Below, in pieces: positions 45,570 to 63,599 of a stretch of 64,000 bases of DNA. This DNA is from Escherichia coli (GTDB lineage Bacteria > Pseudomonadota > Gammaproteobacteria > Enterobacterales > Enterobacteriaceae). Each line of letters begins with the position of its first letter. Positions within the stretch are counted from its first letter, which is position 1. The notes beneath the pieces were generated by a model. The model was given only the letters and a program-made list of their open reading frames with translations. It did no database searches and was not told the DNA's origin. The stretch lies in the NCBI RefSeq assembly GCF_044324875.1, contig NZ_CP172185.1. One strand, given 5' to 3'. The position numbers and the translations under genes were made by a program.

Positions 45570-47000
45570 TTAATGAACAAAACGTCCGGCACGAGACATA
45601 AATTCTTCTTCGCTCATCTCCTGTCCGTTAAAAGCAACTTTACCCGGTGTATAACGCAGTTGCAGCGAGGCGGTATTGTTGTCAATCGTGATTAACTGAA
45701 ACATCTGACCTAAGGTCATCATCCCGCTGATTTGTTTATCAGCCTGCTTTTGCGCTTTTTCCGCATCCATTCCTTCAGATAAATTAAGCTGTTTTGCGAT
45801 TTCTGTGGCGACATTAAGCGGTAATTTCACATCAAAATTGAGCGATTTAATATCTTTGTTTGTGGATGATGAAGATTTGGCTGGGTCGGCAATACTGATA
45901 TCCAGATTGGCATTTAGTTCGCCGAGTGCGTTCTTCCATCTTACCGGTTGTTTAATGGTCGGCTCACTTTTTTGTAATAACGGTAAATACTCTTTGAACA
46001 ATGCAGCATTCACTTCTTGCAGAGCAACTTCATCGTTTGCTAACTCAGGGTGTGCAGCAAGCTGCTTCTGCATCGCAATGTTATACTGGATGATAAATTG
46101 GCGCACCGCTGAGGGATCAATAGATTCAGCAATCAATGACCACTCACCACTACCGAGTTGCTGATTCCCTTTTGTTAACTTATCAAGTTCGTAGGTCAGA
46201 TTGACATTGATATAATCTTTGTCTTTAACGCGATCCAGCCTGGTTTTTGCAACGAAAGCATCGATTTGGGCAACGTCTTCCCCGTGATTGATAATGTTAA
46301 TCTGATTAAATTTCGACTCGCTTTCACCAACCGGAAATTTCTTTTCTTCTAATCGCGCCAGAGAATCAATGGTAAAACTTTTCGCCGTTACTTTGTTCAT
46401 TGGTGATAATTGCAGAACAATATCTTCGACTTTGCCTTCAATATCCAGGTTAGACAATGAACTACCATCACCATTAAAAGTAAACTGGCCCTTACCAAAG
46501 GAAAACTTTCCATACTCTGCAGGGGCAACATCTAATGTCGTGGAGAATGAGCTACCAAACGCGAACCTCAATGTCGCTTCCACGGGCGATTTATTTTTCG
46601 CGGCGATAAATAGCGGTTGTGTCAGTTCATTATTCACTAAGTTCACTTTTACCGCTGCCAGTACTGGGATGACATTACCATGCATTAACATTGTGATGGG
46701 CAACGGACCGTGCTCAACATCCACATCAAATGCAACTTTCTGGCCTGGCTTGATATTGAGATCGGGTGTACCGTTATCAAATGTCATTTGCATTTGAAAA
46801 CGAGAATTAAAAAAGCCTTTGTCAAAATTTTTATAACTTAACGTCATATCGTAGGCATGTTCACCTTTCTTTTTAGCATCGTTAAAATCTTTAATAAATT
46901 TTTCGACACCAGGCTGAATTTGCGTACCTGTGTACCATGTGCCACCGCCCCAGATTACGGCTAACGCAACAATAACACCTGTAGCTGACTTACGTATCAT
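45570..47000 (-). CDS. yihF: DUF945-family protein YihF
   Basis: 476 aa from MIRKSATGVIVALAVIWGGG... Confidence 0.82.
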   Translation of the reverse strand: MIRKSATGVIVALAVIWGGGTWYTGTQIQPGVEKFIKDFNDAKKKGEHAYDMTLSYKNFDKGFFNSRFQMQMTFDNGTPDLNIKPGQKVAFDVDVEHGPLPITMLMHGNVIPVLAAVKVNLVNNELTQPLFIAAKNKSPVEATLRFAFGSSFSTTLDVAPAEYGKFSFGKGQFTFNGDGSSLSNLDIEGKVEDIVLQLSPMNKVTAKSFTIDSLARLEEKKFPVGESESKFNQINIINHGEDVAQIDAFVAKTRLDRVKDKDYINVNLTYELDKLTKGNQQLGSGEWSLIAESIDPSAVRQFIIQYNIAMQKQLAAHPELANDEVALQEVNAALFKEYLPLLQKSEPTIKQPVRWKNALGELNANLDISIADPAKSSSSTNKDIKSLNFDVKLPLNVATEIAKQLNLSEGMDAEKAQKQADKQISGMMTLGQMFQLITIDNNTASLQLRYTPGKVAFNGQEMSEEEFMSRAGRFVH

Positions 47001-47154
47001 ATAAATATTCCCTGATAAAACAGCAAAACTTTGAATATCCACTTATGCTGAAATAATGTCCAGCGGCAGGATGCATTATCAGAATGTATTTATATTTATT
47101 AAATAATAAAAAAAGCCCGTGAATATTCACGGGCTTTATGTAATTTACATTGAA

Positions 47155-47781
47155 TTATTTTTTCTCGGACAGATATTTTACTGTATCAGCATACTGCTGC
47201 ACAAAAACATCCATATTGCTGGTATCCATACCCTGCGGATTCAGCTGATATTTACCGTTAACAAACATCGCCGGAACACCACGCAATTGCACGTCAGCTG
47301 CAGCTTTTTCCTGCTGAGCGACCAGGGATTTCACCACGAAGCTGTTCCATGCCGCGTCGTACTCTTCACCTTTAATACCTGCGTTGATAAATACATCGCG
47401 GATATCAGATGCTGAACGAATAGTCTGGGTTTTCTGTACGCCTTCAAACAGCGGAACAGTGACTTTGTCTTCCACGCCCAGTGCCATCGCCACAGCCCAT
47501 GCCTGAGTCAGATCTTTGCCCAGGTCACCACCCATGAAGTTGACGTGGTATTTAGTCATCTTCACGCCTTCCGGCAGTTTTTTCTTCACGTTATCAGAAA
47601 TATGCAGAACTTCTTCAAACTGATAGCAGTGCGGGCAGAAGAAAGAGAAAAACTCCAGCACTTGCGGCGCGCCAGCAACTGGTTTTTCCAGGGTAGTGTA
47701 CTGTTTACCATCTTCATACTGCGCCGCCGATGCGCTAAACGCTAAAACTAAACCAGCCAGCGCCAGCCAAATCTTTTTCAT
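47155..47781 (-). CDS. dsbA: Periplasmic thiol:disulfide oxidoreductase DsbA
   Basis: 208-aa ORF with signal peptide and CPHC active site. Confidence 0.96.
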
Positions 47782-47797
47782 GATCTACTCTCTCCGA

Positions 47798-48784
47798 TTA
47801 ATACATAGGTGTTAATTGCAAAGGGGGTTCTTGTAGAACTTTTGCCTGTTCTATAAAAGTCGCCGTCTGTCGCAGCCAGTAATCTTCCCCGGTTAACCAC
47901 GGGAAATTTTTCGGGAACGCGGGATCAGCCCAACGCCGCATTAGCCAGGCAAGATAATAAACCAAACGCATGGCGCGTAAAGGTTCAATCAGTCCGATTT
48001 CAGCGGTGTCGAACTCGCTAAATTCTTCATAAGCTTCAATAATAGTTTCCAGTTGCATCCGCTGCTCGGCTTTATCGCCATTGAGCAACATCCACAAATC
48101 CTGAATAGCCGGACCATTACGTGCATCATCCAGATCAACAAACATTGGACCATCGCGCCAGAGAATATTCCCAGCGTGGCAGTCTCCATGTAGCCGCAGA
48201 ACGGTGAAATCTTCCCGCCAGTGTGCTGTAACGGCGGCGATCAGCTCATCTGTCGCTTTCAGGAATGCCGCTTTCAACCCGGAAGGTATCAGTGTAGCGT
48301 CCTCAAACAGCTTGCGAGGCTCAATGAGATATTCATTCAGACCGATGGTCGGGCGATGGATAAAAAGCTGTTTGCGCCCCGTCTGGTGCATACGCCCTAA
48401 ATAACGCCCAACCGCTTCCATCTGATCGATATTATCAGCTTCAAACTGGCGACCACCAACGCTTGGAAAAACAGCGAAATAAAATCCCTGATGATTCAAT
48501 AAAGTCTGACCGTTAAAGGCCACAGGTGCTGCGACCGGAACTTCATCATTTACCAGCTGCAACGCAAACTGATGTTCTTCGAGGATTTGGTCGGCTGTCC
48601 AACGTTCAGGGCGATAAAATTTGACGACAAAACGTCGACGATCTTCGTCCTGAAATTGATAGACACGGTTTTCATAGCTGTTAAGCGGGGTAAGACCGGA
48701 ATCCACCCGGATCCCTTGCTCAAATAGAGCATCCATGATGGTATCCGGGTGTAGTGTCTGGAAAGTAAAAGCGCTGTTGTTCAT
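47798..48784 (-). CDS. srkA: Stress response serine/threonine kinase SrkA (YihE)
   Basis: 328-aa ORF immediately upstream of dsbA. Confidence 0.9.
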   Translation of the reverse strand: MNNSAFTFQTLHPDTIMDALFEQGIRVDSGLTPLNSYENRVYQFQDEDRRRFVVKFYRPERWTADQILEEHQFALQLVNDEVPVAAPVAFNGQTLLNHQGFYFAVFPSVGGRQFEADNIDQMEAVGRYLGRMHQTGRKQLFIHRPTIGLNEYLIEPRKLFEDATLIPSGLKAAFLKATDELIAAVTAHWREDFTVLRLHGDCHAGNILWRDGPMFVDLDDARNGPAIQDLWMLLNGDKAEQRMQLETIIEAYEEFSEFDTAEIGLIEPLRAMRLVYYLAWLMRRWADPAFPKNFPWLTGEDYWLRQTATFIEQAKVLQEPPLQLTPMY

Positions 48785-48860
48785 CCCATCATCCGGAAAA
48801 CATTACGAATGATGAAGGATATCATTTCACGATGATTTTGGTGGCACCGCTTACAAGCTT

Positions 48861-49130
48861 TTACTCTTTAATTACGCCGCGAGCGCGTAACAGCGCCGTT
48901 TTGAAGTCTTCTTCATAATCTTTCTGCAAACCCGGGATCACCGCATCTTTCGCGGAATCACGCATTTTCAGATGATAGATCAGAATGTCATCCGTCAAAT
49001 CCGCCAGTTCGCCGTCAAAACCTGACTCTTTCGCCAGTTTCTGCAAAAATTGCAGCAGGTTAAGGTCTGGCTCTTTTTGCCAGGCTGGCTGGAGGAGTTC
49101 AATAACTTCATTCAGACGTTTACATTTCAT
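48861..49130 (-). CDS. yihD: DUF1040 protein YihD
   Basis: 89 aa from [17 protein letters not shown]... Confidence 0.82.
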
Positions 49131-49199
49131 AGTAATGCTCCTTACTCTTGAGACAGACACGTTAGCAGGGTCAATCCCACAATAAAAGAGGCGATATCG

Positions 49200-49784
49200 G
49201 TGAATCTGATGACGACGATAACAGGCGTTGTGCTGGCGGGCGGTAAAGCCAGACGAATGGGCGGCGTAGATAAAGGATTGCTTGAATTAAACGGCAAACC
49301 GCTGTGGCAACATGTCGCTGACGCGCTTATGACGCAGCTCTCTCACGTCGTGGTTAATGCTAATCGTCATCAGGAAATCTATCAGGCAAGCGGTCTGAAA
49401 GTGATTGAAGATTCACTGGCGGATTACCCAGGCCCTCTGGCAGGAATGCTTTCAGTAATGCAGCAGGAAACGGGGGAGTGGTTTTTGTTTTGTCCGTGCG
49501 ATACGCCTTACATTCCCCCTGATTTAGCCGCCCGGCTTAATCATCAGCGCAAAGAGGCACCTGTCGTGTGGGTCCACGACGGTGAACGCGATCACCCGAC
49601 TATTGCTCTGGTAAACCGCGCAATTGAGCCTTTATTACTGGAATATCTGCAAGCAGGAGAACGCCGGGTAATGGCATTTATGCGTCTGGCTGGCGGTCAT
49701 GCGGTTGATTTCAGCGATAATAAAGATGCATTTATTAACGTGAATACGCCAGAGGAGCTTGCCCGATGGCAGGAAAAACGATGA
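49200..49784 (+). CDS. mobA: Molybdenum cofactor guanylyltransferase
   Basis: 194-aa [14 protein letters not shown] motif. Confidence 0.92.
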
Positions 49785-50293
49785 TACCGTTACTCGCCTT
49801 TGCCGCGTGGAGCGGCACTGGAAAAACTACGCTTTTGAAAAAACTGATCCCGGCATTATGCGCCAGAGGGATCCGTCCAGGACTGATTAAGCATACGCAC
49901 CATGATATGGATGTTGATAAACCGGGCAAAGATAGCTATGAGCTGCGCAAAGCTGGCGCGGCACAAACCATCGTTGCCAGCCAGCAGCGATGGGCCTTGA
50001 TGACGGAAACACCAGACGAAGAAGAGCTGGATCTACATTTTCTCGCAAGTCGAATGGATACCTCAAAGCTGGATTTGATTCTGGTCGAAGGGTTTAAGCA
50101 TGAAGAGATCGCAAAGATTGTGCTGTTTCGCGATAGAGCCGGACATCGACCGGAAGAATTAGTGATAGACAGACATGTTATTGCTGTAGCCAGTGATGTG
50201 CCGCTTAATCTTGATGTCGCGTTACTGGATATTAATGATGTTGGGGGGCTGGCTGATTTTGTGGTGGAGTGGATGCAAAATCAGGACGGATAA
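49766..50293 (+). CDS. mobB: Molybdopterin-guanine dinucleotide biosynthesis adapter MobB
   Basis: 175-aa ORF with P-loop GTGKTT; overlaps mobA end. Confidence 0.9.
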   Translation: MAGKTMIPLLAFAAWSGTGKTTLLKKLIPALCARGIRPGLIKHTHHDMDVDKPGKDSYELRKAGAAQTIVASQQRWALMTETPDEEELDLHFLASRMDTSKLDLILVEGFKHEEIAKIVLFRDRAGHRPEELVIDRHVIAVASDVPLNLDVALLDINDVGGLADFVVEWMQNQDG

Positions 50294-50353
50294 GCAAGAG
50301 TAGGCTGGATCAGACGCAGCCAGCGTCGCATCCGGCCTTCTTCTGCTCCAGCG

Positions 50354-50380
50354 CAAAAAGGCCATCCTGACGGATGGCCT
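50354..50380 (-). terminator. rRNA operon terminator downstream of 5S rRNA
   Basis: AGGCCATCC gtca GGATGGCCT followed by TTTTT on minus strand. Confidence 0.7.
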
Positions 50381-50393
50381 TCTGCTTAATTTG

Positions 50394-50513
50394 ATGCCTG
50401 GCAGTTCCCTACTCTCGCATGGGGAGACCCCACACTACCATCGGCGCTACGGCGTTTCACTTCTGAGTTCGGCATGGGGTCAGGTGGGACCACCGCGCTA
50501 CGGCCGCCAGGCA
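50394..50513 (-). rRNA. rrfA: 5S ribosomal RNA
   Basis: 120 nt; reverse complement matches recalled E. coli 5S (TGCCTGGCGGCC...CTGCCAGGCAT). Confidence 0.95.
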
Positions 50514-50605
50514 AATTCTGTTTATCAGACCGCTTCTGCGTTCTGATTTAATCTGTATCAGGCTGAAAATCTTTCTCTCATCCGCCAAAACATCTTCGGC
50601 GTTGT

Positions 50606-53510
<2,905 letters not shown>

Positions 53511-53684
53511 TCACAACCCGAAGATGTTTCACTTCAGAGTTGCGAAAATTTGAGAGACTCACGAACAACTTTCGTTGTTCAGTGTTTCAATTTTCAGCTT
53601 GATCCAGATTTTTAAAGAGCAAAACTTCGCAGTGAACCTTTGCAGGTACACTCTGAAGTATTTTTTATTTAATCACTACAGAGA

Positions 53685-53760
53685 TGGTGGAGCTATGCGG
53701 GATCGAACCGCAGACCTCCTGCGTGCAAAGCAGGCGCTCTCCCAGCTGAGCTATAGCCCC
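53685..53760 (-). tRNA. alaT: tRNA-Ala (anticodon UGC)
   Basis: 76 nt; reverse complement GGGGCTATAGCTCAGCTGGGAGAGCGCCTGCTTTGCACGCAGGAGGTCTGCGGTTCGATCCCGCATAGCTCCACCA. Confidence 0.95.
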
Positions 53761-53802
53761 ATAACATGTAGTTAAAACCTCTTCAAATTTGCGGTGCAAA
53801 TT

Positions 53803-53879
<77 letters not shown>

Positions 53880-53947
53880 GTAGAGGTTTTACTGCTCATT
53901 TTCATCAGACAATCTGTGTGAGCACTGCAAAGCACAGTTCTTTAAGG

Positions 53948-55489
<1,542 letters not shown>

Positions 55490-55670
55490 AAAAGTTTGAT
55501 GCTCAAAGAATTAAACTTCGTAATAAATTACGTGTTCACTCTTGAGACTTGGTATTCATTTTTCGTCTTGCGACGTTAAGAATCCGTATCTTCGAGTGCC
55601 CACACAGATTGTCTGATAAATTGTTAAAGAGCAGTGCCGCTTCGCTTTTTCTCAGCGGCGCGGGGTGTGC

Positions 55671-55698
55671 ATGATACGCTTTCCCGCTACAGAGTCAA
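55671..55698 (-). promoter_or_regulatory. rRNA operon promoter P2
   Basis: Minus-strand -35 TTGACT (55693-55698) and -10 TATCAT (55671-55676), 16-bp spacer. Confidence 0.7.
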
Positions 55699-55787
55699 GC
55701 ATTTTTTTCTTTTCCCTGTTGAGATTCTCAGGAGAACCCCGCTGACCCGGCGGCGTGTTTGCCGTTGTTCCGTGTCAGTGGTGGCGC

Positions 55788-55840
55788 ATTATAGGGAGTT
55801 ATTCCGGCCTGACAAGAGGAAATTTAAAATAATTTTCTGA
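55788..55840 (-). promoter_or_regulatory. rRNA operon promoter P1 with AT-rich UP element
   Basis: Minus-strand -35 TTGTCA (55810-55815), -10 TATAAT (55788-55793), 16-bp spacer; A/T tract 55816-55840. Confidence 0.75.
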
Positions 55841-55864
55841 CCGCGCATTTTTTATTCTTTATGC

Positions 55865-56410
55865 TTATTTCAGCGTCGGTTTGTCGGTTAAATGGGCGAT
55901 TTCTCGGGCGAAATTCGCCACCTGCTCCCAATCGGTATAGACAACTTCTTTGCGCGTATCCGTTTCACCGCCTGACATCTTCATAATCAGCTTGATCATA
56001 AAACGGTCGTACCAGCGATAACGTGGGTAACGCAGCGCCCCGGCAATGACCGCGCAGCGATCGGGACGCCATTGCGAGTTCATCAGAAACTTCCGCGCGT
56101 AGCTGTTGGTCTGTGGAGTACGCTTCTCCGGTTTGCGCGCCACCAGGTTTACGGAGTAAAAGGCGCTCGGCATCGAATTCAGCCGCGTCGCATGCTTTTT
56201 AACAAATTCCTGGAACGCAGAGTGGTAGTGACCATAGCGAATAGAAGCACCAATGACCACACGGTCATAGTTTTCCCATTGTGGTTCTTCAATGCGGTGC
56301 ACATTGGCGACATCCGCCTGGATCCCCAGTTCTTTCAGTTCCGAAGCCAGGTAGGAGGCAATCTCGCGCGTTTGTCCGTCCCTTGTTGAGAAAAGAATTA
56401 ATGTTTTCAC
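55865..56410 (-). CDS. hemG: Protoporphyrinogen oxidase (flavodoxin-like)
   Basis: 181-aa [25 protein letters not shown]... Confidence 0.92.
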   Translation of the reverse strand: MKTLILFSTRDGQTREIASYLASELKELGIQADVANVHRIEEPQWENYDRVVIGASIRYGHYHSAFQEFVKKHATRLNSMPSAFYSVNLVARKPEKRTPQTNSYARKFLMNSQWRPDRCAVIAGALRYPRYRWYDRFMIKLIMKMSGGETDTRKEVVYTDWEQVANFAREIAHLTDKPTLK

Positions 56411-56421
56411 GTATTACTCCA

Positions 56422-57873
56422 TCATTCACGCCAGAAGGTCGGGGTAAAGAGCACCAGCAATGTAAAGACCTCGAGACGACCAAACAGCATGTTAGCAATC
56501 AGGATCCATTTAGCCACCGGGTTCATACTGGTAAAGTTATCAGCAACCACGCCAAGCCCTGGCCCCAGGTTATTCAATGTCGCAACAACTGAGGCAAAGG
56601 CAGAAAAGTCATCCACGCCCGTGGCGATAATCGCCAGCATACTGACAATAAACACCAATGCATAGGCGGAGAAAAATCCCCAAACGGCTTCGAGGATACG
56701 TTCCGGCAGTGCGCGATTCCCCAGCTTAATGCTATAGACGGCGTTCGGATGCACCAGTCGTTTCAGCTCACGGTTCCCCTGCTTAAACAGCAGCAGGATG
56801 CGGATCACTTTCAGGCCACCGCCCGTTGACCCGGCGCAACCGCCGATAAAAGCTGAACATAAAAGCAGTACCGGCAAAAAGAGCGGCCAGCGGGCAATGC
56901 TGTCAGTCGTAAACCCGGCGGTTGTCGCCATCGACACCACCTGGAAAAACGCCTGGTTAATTGTCATCAGCGCCGAACTGTAGACATTATGAAACCACAG
57001 TACGAGTGTACAAATAACCACCAGCGTAAACTGTACGCCGATAAACATGCGAAATTCCGGATCGCGCCAATAAACCTTCAGACTACGCCCACTTAACAGT
57101 GAAAAGTGCAGACCGTAGTTACAGCCGGAGATCAGCAGGAAGATAGCAATGATAGTGTTAATAGTCGGGCTGTCGAAATAACCGATACTGGCATCATGTG
57201 TCGAGAAGCCGCCAATAGCGATAGTCGCAAAGCTATGGCCGATGGCATCAAAGGCATCCATTCCGGCAAACCACAGCGCCAGTGCACAGGCGACGGTCAG
57301 CAAGACATAAATCAACCACAGGGTTTTCGCCGTTTCCGCAATTCGCGGACGCATTTTGTTATCTTTCAGTGGGCCGGGCATTTCCGCGCGATAGAGCTGC
57401 ATCCCACCCACGCCGAGGATAGGCAGTATCGCAACCGCCAACACGATGATCCCCATCCCGCCAAACCATTGCAGCATCTGGCGATAAAAGAGGATGGCAT
57501 GAGGGAGTGAATCCAGCCCCACCAGCGTAGTGGCTCCCGTGGTGGTCAGGCCAGAGAAAGATTCAAAAAACGCATCGGTAATCGTGAGGTTCGGGCTTTC
57601 CGAGAAGATAAAAGGGAGCGCACCGACACTACCCAGCACGGTCCAGAACAGCACCACTATCAGAAACCCCTCACGGGATTTAAGTTCGCCTTTCTCTTTG
57701 CGGTTCGGCCACCACAGCATAGAGCCAATGGCGAGGGCGACAAAAAAGGTCTGGGTAAAAGCGCGGCCCGCTCCATCCCGGTAGATGAGTGCTACCAGCC
57801 CAGGGATAATCATGGTCCCTGAAAATAAGATGACCAGTAGTCCAACGATTCGGGTAATGGCGCGAAAATGCAT
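56422..57873 (-). CDS. trkH: Potassium uptake protein TrkH
   Basis: 483-aa polytopic membrane protein. Confidence 0.92.
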   Translation of the reverse strand: MHFRAITRIVGLLVILFSGTMIIPGLVALIYRDGAGRAFTQTFFVALAIGSMLWWPNRKEKGELKSREGFLIVVLFWTVLGSVGALPFIFSESPNLTITDAFFESFSGLTTTGATTLVGLDSLPHAILFYRQMLQWFGGMGIIVLAVAILPILGVGGMQLYRAEMPGPLKDNKMRPRIAETAKTLWLIYVLLTVACALALWFAGMDAFDAIGHSFATIAIGGFSTHDASIGYFDSPTINTIIAIFLLISGCNYGLHFSLLSGRSLKVYWRDPEFRMFIGVQFTLVVICTLVLWFHNVYSSALMTINQAFFQVVSMATTAGFTTDSIARWPLFLPVLLLCSAFIGGCAGSTGGGLKVIRILLLFKQGNRELKRLVHPNAVYSIKLGNRALPERILEAVWGFFSAYALVFIVSMLAIIATGVDDFSAFASVVATLNNLGPGLGVVADNFTSMNPVAKWILIANMLFGRLEVFTLLVLFTPTFWRE

Positions 57874-57911
57874 CTCTGCCGCTTCCTTAGTTCTGCAAAA
57901 CGAAGTGGGGA

Positions 57912-58529
57912 TTATTCTTCAATCGCTAACAATTGCAATGAACCACGGCTAAAATCCGCCAGCTTTGCGGAAAATTCAGCCACTTTCGCCGCCGGAAGCG
58001 CCACCCGCAGCAGAACGAATGCCTGATAATCACTGTTGATAATTTTGCCGTCACACTGCCCCAGCAACGCTTCAATGCCGGTTAACTGACTATATTCACA
58101 TTGCAAAGTATATTCGGTTAATGGCGTCTTGCGTTGGGTCGTTAGCTGGCGCAGCGCCTGATTCACTCCGCCACCATACGCTTTCACTAACCCACCGGTA
58201 CCAAGCAATATGCCGCCGTAGTAGCGCACCACCACAGCGGTAATTTCCCCGACGCCGCTGCCCATTAGTTGGGCGAGCATCGGTTTACCGGCCGTTCCCG
58301 CCGGTTCCCCGTCGTCAGAGAAACCGAGCTGTTGAGAATCATCCGGCGCACCCGCCACCCACGCCACGCAATGGTGGCGGGCATCGGGGTGTTCTGCCCG
58401 CACCGATTCAACAAACGCTTTCGCCGCCTCAACGCCATCGGTATGCGCCAACATCGTTATGAAGCGGCTCTTTTTGATCTCTTCAACGACCGCGACTGGT
58501 GCCGCAGGAATTAACCAGCTTTCCATCAC
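57912..58529 (-). CDS. yigZ: IMPACT-family protein YigZ
   Basis: 205-aa ORF; overlaps pepQ stop. Confidence 0.85.
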   Translation of the reverse strand: MMESWLIPAAPVAVVEEIKKSRFITMLAHTDGVEAAKAFVESVRAEHPDARHHCVAWVAGAPDDSQQLGFSDDGEPAGTAGKPMLAQLMGSGVGEITAVVVRYYGGILLGTGGLVKAYGGGVNQALRQLTTQRKTPLTEYTLQCEYSQLTGIEALLGQCDGKIINSDYQAFVLLRVALPAAKVAEFSAKLADFSRGSLQLLAIEE

Positions 58530-59857
58530 GCCAGTTTCAGATCCCGGGTCATGTTTTCCACGTTGTTTTCGTGGATCACCACGTTGTCTTCGATACGAAT
58601 GCCACCGAACGGTTTCAGTGCTTCAATTTTCTGCCAGTTAAAGTGTTTACTGAACTGCCCTTCACGCCACGGTGCCAGCAGCGATTCAATGAAGTAAATA
58701 CCCGGTTCGATGGTTAACACCATGCCCGGCTGGAGAATACGGGTGCAGCGCAGGTACGGATATTTTGCCGGTGCCGCGAGGTGCGTACCGCTATCATCCT
58801 GCATAAAACCGGCTACGTCATGCACCTGCAGGCCCAGCGGATGGCCGATACCGTGCGGCATAAACGGTCCGGTGAGATCGTTTTCGACCATCGCTTCTTC
58901 ACTCATATCGGTGATGATTTGATGTTTACGCAGCAGTTTGGCGATGCGCTGATGGAACTGGAGGTGGTAATCCACATAGCTGACGCCTGCTTTCATGGTG
59001 GCGATCAGCGCCAGTTGTTCATCATTTACGTCTTTCACCAGCTGTGCGTAGTCGTTATCGCTTTTTGCCGACCAGGTACGGGTCAGGTCAGCCGCATAGC
59101 CGTTATATTCGGCCCCGGCATCCAGCAGGAAGCTGCGCATCTCTTCCGGTGCCTGGTGGTCCAGTTTGGTGTAATGCAACACCGCAGCGTGTTCGTTAAG
59201 CGCCACAATGTTGCTGTAAGGTACGTCGGTATCACGATGACCGGTCGCGGTCAGATAGGCAATATTGATATCGAACTCGCTCATGCCAGAACGGAACGCT
59301 TCTTCTGCCGCGCGATGACCGTTGACCGCCATTTTCTGCGCTTCACGCATACAGGCCAGTTCGTACTCGGTTTTGAAGGAGCGGTAGTAATGCAGGTAGT
59401 CGATCACCCCTTTCGGGTTGATATTGCTGGCCTCAATACCCAGTTGCAGCGCACGCTCCGGCACCGGACCGATATAACCGATATTCCCGCGCGCAGCAGG
59501 CAGCAGGCTACCAATGCCATCGGCTTTCGGCAGCGCGATCACTTCTACATCTTCAGTCCAGAAGGAGGTCGGCAGCGGTTCGACGTTGTGCCAGTAATCA
59601 ACCGGCAGATAAAACCACAGTTTCGGCTTGTTCACGCCATCCACCAACAGCCAGCAGTTTGGCACCTGAGTTACCGGCACCCACGCTTTGAATTGCGGAT
59701 TCACTTTAAACGGATAGGGATGATCGTCGAGAAAAACGTTGAACAGTTCGCCGGAGTGAATAAGTAACGCATCCAGCTTGAAGCGCGCCAGCGCATCGCG
59801 AGTCCGTTCTTGTAAGGTAGCTATATGATTTTTATAGAGTGAGGCCAGTGATTCCAT
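58526..59857 (-). CDS. pepQ: Xaa-Pro dipeptidase
   Basis: 443-aa ORF; M24 metallopeptidase features. Confidence 0.92.
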   Translation of the reverse strand: MESLASLYKNHIATLQERTRDALARFKLDALLIHSGELFNVFLDDHPYPFKVNPQFKAWVPVTQVPNCWLLVDGVNKPKLWFYLPVDYWHNVEPLPTSFWTEDVEVIALPKADGIGSLLPAARGNIGYIGPVPERALQLGIEASNINPKGVIDYLHYYRSFKTEYELACMREAQKMAVNGHRAAEEAFRSGMSEFDINIAYLTATGHRDTDVPYSNIVALNEHAAVLHYTKLDHQAPEEMRSFLLDAGAEYNGYAADLTRTWSAKSDNDYAQLVKDVNDEQLALIATMKAGVSYVDYHLQFHQRIAKLLRKHQIITDMSEEAMVENDLTGPFMPHGIGHPLGLQVHDVAGFMQDDSGTHLAAPAKYPYLRCTRILQPGMVLTIEPGIYFIESLLAPWREGQFSKHFNWQKIEALKPFGGIRIEDNVVIHENNVENMTRDLKLA

Positions 59858-60004
59858 TTTTTACCCTTCTGTTTTTTTGACCTTAAGTCTCCGCATCTTA
59901 GCACATCGTTCATCCAGAGCGTGATTTCTGCCGAGCGTGATCAGATTGGCATTTCTTTAATCTTTTATTTGCATATTTTTAACACAAAATACACACTTCG
60001 ATGC

Positions 60005-60021
60005 ATCTGGTACGACCAGAT
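60005..60021. promoter_or_regulatory. FadR operator in fadBA promoter
   Basis: Palindrome ATCTGGTACGACCAGAT about 25 bp upstream of fadB ATG. Confidence 0.7.
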
Positions 60022-60046
60022 CACCTTGCGGATTCAGGAGACTGAC

Positions 60047-62236
60047 ATGCTTTACAAAGGCGACACCCTGTACCTTGACTGGCTGGAAGATGGCATTGCC
60101 GAACTGGTATTTGATGCCCCAGGTTCAGTTAATAAACTCGACACTGCGACCGTCGCCAGCCTCGGCGAGGCCATCGGCGTGCTGGAACAGCAATCAGATC
60201 TAAAAGGGCTACTGCTGCGTTCGAACAAAGCAGCCTTTATCGTCGGTGCTGATATCACCGAATTTTTGTCCCTGTTCCTCGTTCCTGAAGAACAGTTAAG
60301 CCAGTGGCTACATTTTGCCAATAGCGTGTTTAATCGCCTGGAAGATCTGCCGGTGCCGACCATTGCTGCCGTCAACGGCTATGCGCTGGGCGGTGGCTGC
60401 GAATGCGTGCTGGCGACCGATTATCGTCTGGCGACGCCGGATCTGCGCATCGGTCTGCCGGAAACCAAACTGGGCATCATGCCGGGCTTTGGCGGTTCTG
60501 TACGTATGCCACGTATGCTGGGCGCTGACAGTGCGCTGGAGATCATTGCCGCCGGTAAAGATGTCGGCGCGGATCAGGCGCTGAAAATCGGTTTGGTGGA
60601 TGGCGTAGTCAAAGCAGAAAAACTGGTTGAAGGCGCGAAGGCGATTTTACGTCAGGCTATTAACGGCGACCTCGACTGGAAAGCGAAACGTCAGCCGAAG
60701 CTGGAACCGCTAAAACTGAGCAAGATTGAAGCCACCATGAGCTTCACCATCGCTAAAGGGATGGTCGCACAAACAGCGGGGAAACATTATCCGGCCCCCA
60801 TCACCGCAGTAAAAACCATTGAAGCGGCGGCCCGTTTTGGTCGTGAAGAAGCCTTAAATCTGGAAAACAAAAGTTTTGTCCCGCTGGCGCATACCAACGA
60901 AGCCCGCGCACTGGTCGGCATTTTCCTTAACGATCAATATGTAAAAGGCAAAGCGAAGAAACTCACCAAAGACGTTGAAACCCCGAAACAGGCCGCGGTT
61001 CTGGGCGCAGGCATCATGGGCGGCGGCATCGCTTACCAGTCTGCGTGGAAAGGCGTGCCGGTTGTTATGAAAGATATTAACGACAAGTCGTTAGCCCTCG
61101 GCATGACCGAAGCCGCGAAACTGCTGAACAAGCAGCTTGAGCGCGGCAAGATCGATGGTCTGAAACTGGCTGGCGTGATCTCCACGATCCACCCAACGCT
61201 CGACTACGCCGGGTTTGACCGCGTGGATATTGTGGTAGAAGCGGTTGTTGAAAACCCGAAAGTGAAAAAAGCCGTACTGGCAGAAACCGAACAAAAAGTA
61301 CGCCCGGATACCGTGCTGGCGTCTAACACTTCAACCATTCCTATCAGCGAACTGGCCAACGCGCTTGAACGCCCGGAAAACTTCTGCGGGATGCACTTCT
61401 TTAACCCGGTGCACCGGATGCCGTTGGTAGAAATTATTCGCGGCGAGAAAAGCTCCGACGAAACCATCGCGAAAGTCGTCGCATGGGCGAGCAAGATGGG
61501 AAAGACGCCGATTGTGGTCAACGACTGCCCCGGCTTCTTCGTTAACCGTGTACTGTTCCCCTACTTCGCCGGATTCAGCCAGTTGCTGCGCGACGGCGCA
61601 GACTTCCGCAAGATCGACAAAGTGATGGAAAAACAGTTTGGCTGGCCGATGGGTCCGGCATATCTGCTGGACGTTGTGGGGATTGATACCGCGCATCATG
61701 CCCAGGCTGTCATGGCAGCAGGCTTCCCGCAGCGGATGCAGAAAGATTATCGCGATGCCATCGACGCGCTGTTTGATGCCAACCGCTTTGGTCAGAAGAA
61801 CGGCCTCGGTTTCTGGCGTTATAAAGAAGACAGCAAAGGTAAGCCGAAGAAAGAAGAAGACGCCGCTGTTGACGACCTGCTGGCAGAAGTGAGCCAGCCG
61901 AAGCGCGATTTCAGCGAAGAAGAGATTATCGCCCGCATGATGATCCCGATGGTCAACGAAGTGGTGCGCTGTCTGGAAGAAGGCATTATCGCCACTCCGG
62001 CAGAAGCGGATATGGCGCTGGTCTACGGCCTGGGCTTCCCTCCGTTCCACGGTGGTGCGTTCCGCTGGCTGGACACCCTCGGTAGCGCAAAATACCTCGA
62101 TATGGCACAGCAATATCAGCACCTCGGCCCGCTGTATGAAGTGCCGGAAGGTCTGCGTAATAAAGCGCGTCATAACGAACCGTACTATCCCCCGGTTGAG
62201 CCAGCCCGTCCGGTTGGCGACCTGAAAACGGCTTAA
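60047..62236 (+). CDS. fadB: Fatty acid oxidation complex alpha subunit
   Basis: 729 aa from [27 protein letters not shown]... Confidence 0.95.
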   Translation: MLYKGDTLYLDWLEDGIAELVFDAPGSVNKLDTATVASLGEAIGVLEQQSDLKGLLLRSNKAAFIVGADITEFLSLFLVPEEQLSQWLHFANSVFNRLEDLPVPTIAAVNGYALGGGCECVLATDYRLATPDLRIGLPETKLGIMPGFGGSVRMPRMLGADSALEIIAAGKDVGADQALKIGLVDGVVKAEKLVEGAKAILRQAINGDLDWKAKRQPKLEPLKLSKIEATMSFTIAKGMVAQTAGKHYPAPITAVKTIEAAARFGREEALNLENKSFVPLAHTNEARALVGIFLNDQYVKGKAKKLTKDVETPKQAAVLGAGIMGGGIAYQSAWKGVPVVMKDINDKSLALGMTEAAKLLNKQLERGKIDGLKLAGVISTIHPTLDYAGFDRVDIVVEAVVENPKVKKAVLAETEQKVRPDTVLASNTSTIPISELANALERPENFCGMHFFNPVHRMPLVEIIRGEKSSDETIAKVVAWASKMGKTPIVVNDCPGFFVNRVLFPYFAGFSQLLRDGADFRKIDKVMEKQFGWPMGPAYLLDVVGIDTAHHAQAVMAAGFPQRMQKDYRDAIDALFDANRFGQKNGLGFWRYKEDSKGKPKKEEDAAVDDLLAEVSQPKRDFSEEEIIARMMIPMVNEVVRCLEEGIIATPAEADMALVYGLGFPPFHGGAFRWLDTLGSAKYLDMAQQYQHLGPLYEVPEGLRNKARHNEPYYPPVEPARPVGDLKTA

Positions 62237-63409
<1,173 letters not shown>

Positions 63410-63415
63410 CCACTT

Positions 63416-63530
63416 GCCGGATGCGGCGTGAACGCCTTATCCGGTCTACCGATCCTGCACCAATGTAGGCCTGATAAGACGCGCCAGCGTCGCATCAGGC
63501 ATCGTGTGCCGAATGCCGGATGCGACATAG
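63416..63530. repeat. BIME (multiple REP units) downstream of fadA
   Basis: GCCGGATGCGGCGTGAACGCCTTATCCGG..., TGTAGGCCTGATAAGACGCGCCAGCGTCGCATCAGGCA, GCCGGATGCGAC. Confidence 0.75.
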
Positions 63531-63569
63531 ATCTAAATGCCACTGTATAAAGTTTTAGTTGCCGTTCTT

Positions 63570-63594
63570 CCCGCCTGTCAGGGGCGGGTTTTTT
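63570..63594 (+). terminator. Rho-independent terminator for fadBA, abutting fre stop
   Basis: CCCGCC tgtcagg GGCGGG followed by TTTTTT. Confidence 0.6.
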
Positions 63595-63599
63595 ATATC